Shown: positions 52,554 to 64,000 of the stretch, one piece after another
Numbering within the stretch: the first letter of the stretch is position 1
How the letters are laid out: every line of letters begins with the position of its first letter
Made by a program: the position numbers and the translations under genes
Notes under the pieces: generated by a model
Told to the model about the DNA's origin: nothing
Databases searched by the model: none
Seen by the model: only the letters and a program-made list of their open reading frames with translations
Source of the DNA: Eledone cirrhosa
Taxonomy: Eukaryota
Length of the DNA: 64,000 bases
Direction of reading: 5' to 3'
NCBI GenBank assembly: GCA_964016885.1
Contig: OZ024740.1
Location: forward strand, 45,570,001 to 45,634,000

Positions 52554-52940
52554 GACGCTCAAACGTTTCTGCTAATATTGATACTTAAATCATTACGAAA
52601 AATAAATCTTATCTAACTGCTAATGACCAAAAAATACACTGATTAAATTAAAATATTTCTTTATATTATTATATGTAACAAAATCCGAATGAACTATTGC
52701 GTGTTAGGAAATTGATCAAAATCTGAAATATGCTAACACGCAATAGTTCATTCGGATTTTGTTACATATAATAATATAAAGAAATATTTTAATTTAATCA
52801 GTGTATTTTTTTGGTCATTAGCAGTTAGATAAGGTTTATTTTTCGTAATGATTTAAGTATCAATATTAGCGGAAACGTTTGAGCGTCATGATAGAACACA
52901 GGAAATTGATCAAACTCTAAAATATGCTGTGTTCTATCAT
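52554..52940. repeat. Double fold-back: 154-bp inverted arms plus 14-bp inverted arms, sharing a duplicated 25-nt loop
   Basis: Arms 52554-52707 / 52733-52887 and 52888-52901 / 52927-52940; loops 52708-52732 and 52902-52926. Confidence 0.93.
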
Positions 52941-54170
52941 ACTGATACTTGTAACGCTTACCGAAATAACTTTCTAACTCTAAATTAAATTTTCTTCAGT
53001 AAGTGAAATATTTATGAAAAGTCTTAGACTCTCAGAAGGGAAATATATATATATATATATATATATATGGGAGAGAGAGAGAGCGAGAGAGAGAGAGAGA
53101 GAGAGAAAGGGAGAGAGATAGAGATATCATTGTAAGTGCTTGTAAATCGCCCAACGTTTTCGGCTAATTAATGCCAATCCTTCGGTGCCACGAATGATTC
53201 TGCAATAATAAATCCATTATGAAGAGCTATATCTCTGTAGCTAAATAATCAGCAAGTGTTGAGTGAGCTCTATATCCGTAAAGGAACTATATATTTATTC
53301 TCAGTTTAGCCATTTATAAACATGAAGTCTCGAGGAATACAGGAAAGACGTAGAGATATATTATCCCAAATATAATGATCTGTTCAAGTATAAAACTCGA
53401 GTGTAGCAGGCATACTGTTGTTATCATGCAAATATATAGCTGGATATACATAGATTGATAGATATAGATAAGTATTTATTTTGAGGATTTGTTTAATAAA
53501 TACACTAAACATGAATTATATGGAGTCAATATAATATGTTATTAATAATTGTCTACTTTTTGGCACAAGGTCAGCAATTACCTAGTGCATTGCTGGTACT
53601 TTATTTTATCGACCCCGTAAGGATGAAAGGCAAAGTTAACCTCGACAGGATTTGAACTCAGAATGACAAGGGCCGTAACTCTATGCATCAAAGCATGGCG
53701 TCCGACTCTCTACCGATACCGCCAATTCACTATAATATCTGTTTACTTCGAAGTTTTGCAGATTTTAACCGCTTATCAAAGGAATAGATAAATAGGTCAT
53801 TTTGTTTTCTAGCCCCATGTTTACTCAGGTCAAAAAGGCCTATCATCTAAGGCATTCCGTCCATACCCATCCCATAATACCTCAGACATCATGTCTTCTG
53901 TATACATTATTCAATGTGTCCTATATTTTGAAAATGGTAGGGTGTTATTTGAGGGAGTTTGATGATTACATAGAAACCCTCGCTGGCTCGTAGGTAGGTA
54001 GATAGGGAGGTTAGCTTAGGCAGGGAGGTAGCTAGATATAGCTACATAGGTATACATATATAGTATCATATATATATATATAGTATCATATATATATATA
54101 TTACATATTTATTACATAGTTATTACATATGTTATATATAAATATATATGATATTATATATATATGATAT

Positions 54171-54210
<40 letters not shown>

Positions 54211-54874
54211 CATATATATATAATATCATATATATTTATATATAACATATGTAATATATTATATATAAATATATATGATATTATATATATATGATATTAT
54301 ATATATATATATATATATATAGTATCATATATATATAATATCATATATATTTATATATAACATATGTAATAAATATATACATATTTCTACATATATAAAT
54401 ATAATCTTTATGTATGTGATAAATAAAATATAATTATAGTATACATGTAATATATCTATATATATATCTATATATAAAATATGATATAATATGATATAAT
54501 ATAATATAATATATAATATAATATATAGCCAGAGTTAAAAGGAAAGAAGTGTGAGAGCCGGAAAAACGAGAAAAAAAAAAACAGTGAAGAAGAAACAAGG
54601 GGAAGTAACTCAAATGGTGGACAGATTCTTTTAGAAAACAACATAAGCAGATGTGAAGGACATCCGTTGAGAAATAATTCAACAACAAAATTGTAATATT
54701 TCCATGGGTATTATTTTAATAGGACTAACAATACTTTCTCCATAGCTGTCCGATTCTCAACCAAGATGTTCTGTGCACGATCCCACTTGTGTGGACATGT
54801 GTCTTCTACTGTTTGTAAATTTGGGTCAGTCAACCATTGCTTTAGTTAACATTAACTGCGCGGAAGCCCGCCGG

Positions 54875-54929
<55 letters not shown>

Positions 54930-54946
54930 CATATATATATATATAT

Positions 54947-54995
<49 letters not shown>

Positions 54996-55044
54996 TATAT
55001 ATATATATACACACATATATATATATATATATATACATATATAT

Positions 55045-55120
55045 TTATTAAGATAACAGATTAAAGTTTAAGCAAAGATTCGCTGCTTTCACCCTTAACG
55101 GGATCTTCTGAAACTGAGTT
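55045..55120 (-). mobile_element. Solo terminal fragment of the 38290-41440 Penelope family with the same variant hammerhead (55065-55115)
   Basis: Reverse complement of 41374-41440 with few substitutions, again abutting (TA)n. Confidence 0.8.
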
Positions 55121-55189
55121 ATATATTTGATATATATTTATCCTTATCGAGCCCTCTTTGGATTTTAGTCTTCAAATTTATTATTATTA

Positions 55190-58170
<2,981 letters not shown>

Positions 58171-58369
58171 ATATAAGTATATTTTGCGTTAAGTTGCGTC
58201 CCTTTACGTTTAAGGGTTACTAAGCCATTCGTTAAATATATATTTATAGATTGATAAAATAAGCATCGGATTGAAATAATCAATATAGTAGGGTCGATAT
58301 TTTTCGACTAAAATCCCTTGATACTGGTGCCTCAGTATAGCTGCAATTTTACGACTGGAACCAGTAAAA

Positions 58370-58404
<35 letters not shown>

Positions 58405-58668
58405 ATAGATAAATAGAGTGGGAGTTAAACTATTTCAATGAAGGACAACAACAACAATAATAATAGTATCATCAACAATAGAATAAAATAGTTATGAAAC
58501 GTATCTATACCAATAATAATAATAATAACAATAATATAAGTTCTGTATCTGTCGACTGTAAGTTCTGTATGTGTCGACTGTCGACGAAAGAGAGCTGGAG
58601 CCAAAAAACAGACATATTTCTCACTCCGGGTAGTTGCTCTGTCGATTGTTGTATTCTAGTCTCTTCAG

Positions 58669-58810
58669 TTATTTGAAGACCTGGAGAATGGCGTTGCCAA
58701 CGATATCGCAAAGTTCTTGACAGTAGAATGTTGCTACTAATTGTTTTTCACCAAGCTTGCGTCCCACGAATATAATCTCTTCCATGAAGTTACCATGTGG
58801 AGGGATATCA
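58669..58810 (-). CDS. Transglutaminase, last coding exon (DIPPHGNFMEEIIFVGRKLGEKQLVATFYCQELCDIVGNAILQVFK*)
   Basis: cag|T acceptor, phase 2. The G.KQLVA.F...L..I.G pattern is typical of the second C-terminal beta-barrel of transglutaminases. Confidence 0.85.
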
Positions 58811-59272
58811 CTGAAATGTGTAAAAAAAAACAAACAAATGAAAATATCACTGAAATTTGTAAAAAAAAACAAACAAATGAAAATACTGAAATATGTAAAA
58901 AAAAACAAATGAAAATTTCTCTGAAATGTGTAAAATATGGGTGAAATTTCACTGAAATATGTAAAACATGGATGAAATTTCACTGAAATGTGTAAAACAT
59001 GGGTGAAATTTCACTGAAATGTGTAGAACATGGATGAAATTTCACTGAAATGTGTAAACATGGGTGAAATTTCACTGAAATGTGTAAAACATGGGTGAAA
59101 TTTCACTGAAATGTGTAAAACATGGGTGAAATTTCACTGAAATATGTAGAACATGGATGAAATTTCACTGAAATGTGTAAACATGGGTGAAATTTCACTG
59201 AAATGTGTAAAACATGGGTGAAATTTCACTGAAATGTGTAAAACATGGGTGAAATTTCACTGAAATGTGTGA
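58811..59272 (-). repeat. 31-bp (39-bp next to the exon) minisatellite made of the transglutaminase last-exon acceptor
   Basis: Minus-strand unit ttttacacatttcag|TGAAATTTCACCCATG; the real junction is ttttacacatttcag|TGATATCCCTCCACATG. Confidence 0.92.
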
Positions 59273-59279
59273 AAATTAT

Positions 59280-59470
59280 ATTATCAAATGTTCACACATT
59301 ATATAATCCGGATTATATTATCTAATGTTCACACATTATATAATCCGGATTATATTATCAAATGTTCACACATTATATAATACTGATTACATTATCCCAC
59401 GTCCACACATTATACAATCCGGATTATATTATCCAGGTTGCAGGCATTATGTAATCCGAATTATATTATG
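59280..59470. repeat. ~37-bp tandem array (atcaaatgttcacacattatataatccggattatatt)
   Basis: Seen directly; contains the palindrome atataatccggattatat. Confidence 0.8.
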
Positions 59471-59629
59471 CAATAAAGGAAGGTGTGAATTGAAGGAGAT
59501 TTGGTATCTATATTTACCAAGTCGATCAGCCAGGTAAAGGCTGTCATGTAATTGTAAAATGACCAAGTTATTCACCGAAGTTGTGAAATTTATAGAAAGT
59601 TCTACTACAAATAAAATACTTGAACTTAC

Positions 59630-59766
59630 TCCACACGAATCTCATAAATACGTTCAAATCCGTTTCCTTCCACCATCAGCTCACAGTTTGTAAGTGGAAT
59701 ATTCAATGGATTCAGGAAAGATATACGTGCCATAACTTGATCTCTTATTCTGATCTTCTGAGGAAC
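59630..59766 (-). CDS. Transglutaminase coding exon (VPQKIRIRDQVMARISFLNPLNIPLTNCELMVEGNGFERIYEIRV)
   Basis: cag|GTT...GA|gtaag, 137 nt. Contains the F.NPL..PLT.C...VEG.G motif of the transglutaminase C-terminal barrel. Confidence 0.9.
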
Positions 59767-59890
59767 CTGACAGAGGAGAATAATATAATACAATACTATA
59801 TGTTATACAAGAGTTATTCTATCATGTGTTATTCTGAGATGGAAAGGTTTTGCAAACAGACACACACACGCGTATACACACACGCGCGCG

Positions 59891-59987
<97 letters not shown>

Positions 59988-60145
59988 GTATTATGTTATA
60001 ACAATGGTACTAGTACGATTGGTAATATGTCATATAATATATACATTATATTATATTACAATATATTACAATCGTACTAGAACCACTGGTTAGATATCCT
60101 ATATTATATTATGTTATTATATATAACAATGGTAATAGAACAAAC

Positions 60146-60318
60146 CTCAATAGATAGGTAAGGCCAATCAAGTTGATAACTATCATTAAAAACAAACAGT
60201 TGGTCAGTCTGTTTCACTTTGCAATAAACCATAATTCTCATTGATAGACGAGAGTTGTTGTCACGGCCCAAATATGGCAAATAGTCCTCTGGAGAAACGT
60301 TCATGACAACCATTTTAC
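60146..60318 (-). CDS. Transglutaminase coding exon (KMVVMNVSPEDYLPYL...VKQTDQLFVFNDSYQLDWPYLSIE)
   Basis: cag|GT...GAG|gtttg, 173 nt, phases consistent with the flanking exons. Confidence 0.87.
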
Positions 60319-60789
60319 CTGGATATTTCAACGAAGAGGAAAAAAATAATTATTGTAACCAATAGAATTTGTTTCTAAAGACATATACATTGATTTTAGT
60401 GAGTTGGTTAATGGATAAAGTTATCCCAAATCCAGAGGTTTATCAGGTCGAAGCCTATTTCAGTTTCATTGGCCTTAAGCTGCTGTGAGTACAAGATTTC
60501 CACCTGGATAGGATGTCAATCCATCACAAGGTTAATTTTAAGCAGCTGCAGGTATTCATTTTCGGATAAGTAAAAAGAAGTGTTTTGCTGAAAAACACAA
60601 CTGGCTATTCGGTCCAGTAATCGAACCCACGACATTACGATCACGAGCCTCTTACGCTAACCATTAGGTCAGGCCTCCTTCAAAACGATATATAATTATA
60701 ACCAATAAAACTTGTTTCTCAATTTCTTTACTTTGATTGATTGACATATTTTAGTGAGTTGCAATATAATGAAACGGATGGTTACTGTA

Positions 60790-62320
60790 AATATATAGCT
60801 AATATGATATTAACCATCGAGATAGTACCTAGTGCCCCTATGACGATGAGAACGACCTTTCTCTCACGACAATCTCAAATTATTTTCAGTTCTCATTTTA
60901 GATCCTGGCACCGCTTAATTTTCTCCTTCTCTTTTTCTTGCACTCTTGTATCAAAGGGGCAAACTATATCTATAATTAAGCAAGATAATTTTCCTTGTCA
61001 AAAACCACCAGGTCAGGCCTATTGTGTTCTAACTCTTTGTCGGTTTGTATCCTGAAATCCCACAACACTTTCACCCTGTCGTTTTCGATCCCCGACTCTG
61101 GCTTATTCTCGCACCATTTCTCAGAATAAGGTAATTGGTTCAGTTTGCATAAATGCCAATGAATCACTTTTCCTATCATATCCTGCCTCCGTCCTTTATA
61201 GTGAGTCTGGGTTAGGTGTTTACACTCGGATACGATGTGAGCCACAGTTTCCTCTCTCTCTCCACAGATTCTACAGAGAAAGCTAGCCTCCTCCTTGTCA
61301 ATATGGTGTTTCATCCACTTCATTCTAAGGGCTTTCTTCTGTGCAGCCATTAGCATTCCCTCTGTAGCTTTCTTAAGGTCTTCTTTCTTTAACCAGTTCC
61401 ATGTCTGCGGATCTCTGAATTCTGATTTCTTTAAAAAGATGCTATGAAGCGCATTTTCATTCAGGCTGCTCTTCCTTTTTATTGTTATTTCTTTCTTGGA
61501 CACTCCCTGGTCTATTGTCTCCCCCTTCAATACAGCCTTAAGTATTGGCTCGTTACTCTCAGACACATGTTTGTGTAAATAGCTCTTCTCCATCTGAATA
61601 CAGTCCTCCACGCTAATTAGACTTCTTCCACCTTCAGATCTCCTTATGTACAATCAATGAACACCACCCCCTACTTATGAAACATACTGTATGTAGTCGT
61701 TAATTTTCTTGTGTTTCTATCCAGTTCTTTTTGCTCATTTTCATTCCATTTAACAATTCCCGCACTGTACCTAATAATAGACACAGCTTGGGAATTTACG
61801 GCACTTAGGCATTTCTACTATTCAGATGTGATTTTAGTATGTTCTTTGCTCTCCTTATGTATTCAGATTTTATCAACTCCTTCATTTTATTGTCCTTTAT
61901 GTTATCTTCCTCCGGAACACCCAAATACCTATATCTCTCTTCGGTGTCGATCTCCCTTATCATCTCACCTGTTGGTACCACGATTCTTTTGTTTCTCTTC
62001 AATTGACATCTCCCCATCACTGGGACTTTACACTTATTAACACCAAATTCCATTCATATACCATTGCTGAAAATACGGACAGTGTTAAAAAATACACCCA
62101 ACTCCTCACTCTTCCTGAAGGGTTGTATGTCGTCCGTGAAAAGGAGGTGGTTTATGGTAAGCTTTCATTTCCCCAGTTCGTATCGTTCCTTCACTTTTCG
62201 CAATACGAGGGACAAGAGTATGAGGGTAGGGACAAACAATAAAGGGGAGAGACTATCTCCTTGGAAGATATTTCTCTTGATTTTCACTCCTCCCAAGGAT
62301 TCTCCCTCTGTTGTTAACTC
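60790..62320 (-). mobile_element. R4/Dong-like non-LTR retrotransposon fragment (RT end, CCHC, REL endonuclease), degenerate, in a transglutaminase intron
   Basis: IFQGDSLSPLLF, INHLLFTDD, YRYLG, CRICGEREETVAHIVSEC, LWDFRIQTD..HNRPDLVV; multiple frameshifts. Confidence 0.85.
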
Positions 62321-63594
62321 TGTGTCTATCATTATTGTGGTTAATAAAGAAATACTTATTATTATTATTATAGAGGTGACTGTTCAGAATCACTTTTAAA
62401 TGAGAAACGACACAACAGCAGCAGCACAGCAGCAACAACAGAAGCAACAACAACAGCAACAACAGCAGCAAAAACAATGACCAATTTTTAATAAAAATTA
62501 AAAACAACTCCCTCAAAAAACTTTAGCCGCATTAAACACTAAACTTGTGGTCGCTATAAAATATGTTTGGAGGGTATGATAGCTGGTAAGAGAAACCAAG
62601 TATACCCCTGTGGCAGATGGAGAGACCAGATCTTAAAATGGTCTCAACGTTTATCACAGACAGAACTGAATGTAACGACAAGAAACGTGTGTGGGTGTCT
62701 CTGTAAAATCTATCTGGAGGGCATGATACATGGAAAGAGATAGTGAGGACACTCAAAAAGATCTGATCTTAATATGGTCTCCATGTAAACCATAAACAGA
62801 ACTCAATGCAATGACAATAAATAAGAATATATGGAAAAAATATGTTCATGGTGTTTTGTACTTAACTGTAAGTTGAAATAACGATTGAAACAAATGATAA
62901 ATCTATATTATAAAAGGAAAGCTCTTTCTATATCTGTCTGTCCGTCACACATATATGTAGAATGAGGGAAAGAAGAGGAATGAAAAGGAGAGGCAACTCC
63001 ATTTTTAAGTTGATTGGAGAAGGGAGTTAATTTATCATACTTATAGTTTATTGCAAGGGTTAGAGGTAATAAGGTAGAGATCTGTAGAAGGGTGGTGGTG
63101 AGGAACCAGTGGAGAGGAGAGACCAAATATTAAATAAGAAATTTGTAGAGGAAGAAATGAATTAGTTTAGCTAATGAAACAAAACTACACATTTTAAAGA
63201 GTTCCTACATTAATTAATATCTTCCTACATAAATTTATATAAGAATCATATGTTAAGTTCCGATCTTTGTAATTAAATAATTGTTTCTATTTTAGGCACA
63301 AGGCCAGCAATTACCCAGTACATTACTGGTACTTTATTTTATCGACCCCGTAAGGATGAAAGCAAAGCTAACCTCGGTGGGATTTGAACCCAGATCATAA
63401 AGGGACGTAACTCTATGCTTCAAAGCATTGTGTCCGAATGAATAATTATAGTAATTCACATTAAACTCTTCATTGATTAATTGAAATAGGGTGTCATTCG
63501 TTAGAAATATGGTCACAAAAGGGTTGAAACAATCATGATGAAAAACATATGCAGGATGAAAAGTTGAAGGATTTGGAAAAAGAAAGCTACTTAC

Positions 63595-63793
63595 TGATTT
63601 TGGGGTCAAAGAAATTGTTGACATGTATTTCACGACATATGTCAATCTTTTCACCAAAATGGTCGACAATTTTACAATAAATTGAACAGCTTACATAACG
63701 CTGGTCCTGGCCGGTATTGCGACAGTGAAGAGTGACATTGAAATCTTGGCCAATCATTACACTTTCCCTCTCACTAAGACGGAACTCCATATC
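63595..63793 (-). CDS. Transglutaminase coding exon (DMEFRLSERESVMIGQDFNVTLHCRN...FFDPKI); gene continues right of the window
   Basis: cag|GAT...A|gtaag, 199 nt. The V.IGQDF.V....N motif opens C-terminal barrel 1. Confidence 0.88.
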
Positions 63794-64000
63794 CTGTAAT
63801 GTAGTGAAGATAGAAATATAGATTACATAATCATCTTTAATTAGTCATTATAATCATAGAAATTACACATTATGTCTCTATTTTTTGCGTTTTAGTTTTA
63901 TTTATTTATTTCCATAATTTATAAGTACGTCCATAGTATGTATACATGCATACACACACACATGATGGCTGTATCTCCATTTCGAGAACTGCCATCAATT

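Overview
AT-rich, repeat-dense eukaryotic genomic DNA. The SINE, microsatellite and intron style suggests a mollusc, most likely an octopus; this is an inference, not a database result. Two spliced genes lie on the minus strand. One is the first nine coding exons of TBC1D31/WDR67 (ATG at 37335, continuing off the left edge). The other is the last four coding exons of a transglutaminase (stop at 58669, continuing off the right edge). Introns and intergenic DNA hold a young but defective Ty3/Gypsy LTR element (CsRn1/Kabuki-like, tRNA-Trp primed), RTE LINEs with their partner SINEs, Penelope-like elements ending in hammerhead-ribozyme motifs, CRE-like and R4/Dong-like fragments, MITEs, Helitron-like pieces and many mini/microsatellites. 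Four observations stand out. (1) Three minisatellites are built from amplified exon-intron junctions, so the real splice site sits at the edge of an array of decoy splice sites. (2) A ~90-bp inverted copy of LTR sequence in the Gypsy leader would fold the primer-binding site into the loop of a long hairpin. (3) A double snap-back (A-L-A'-B'-L-B) repair scar is present. (4) A variant hammerhead core (CAGAAGA) is shared by two Penelope termini. All coordinates were read by eye, and repeat boundaries are approximate unless termini are quoted.
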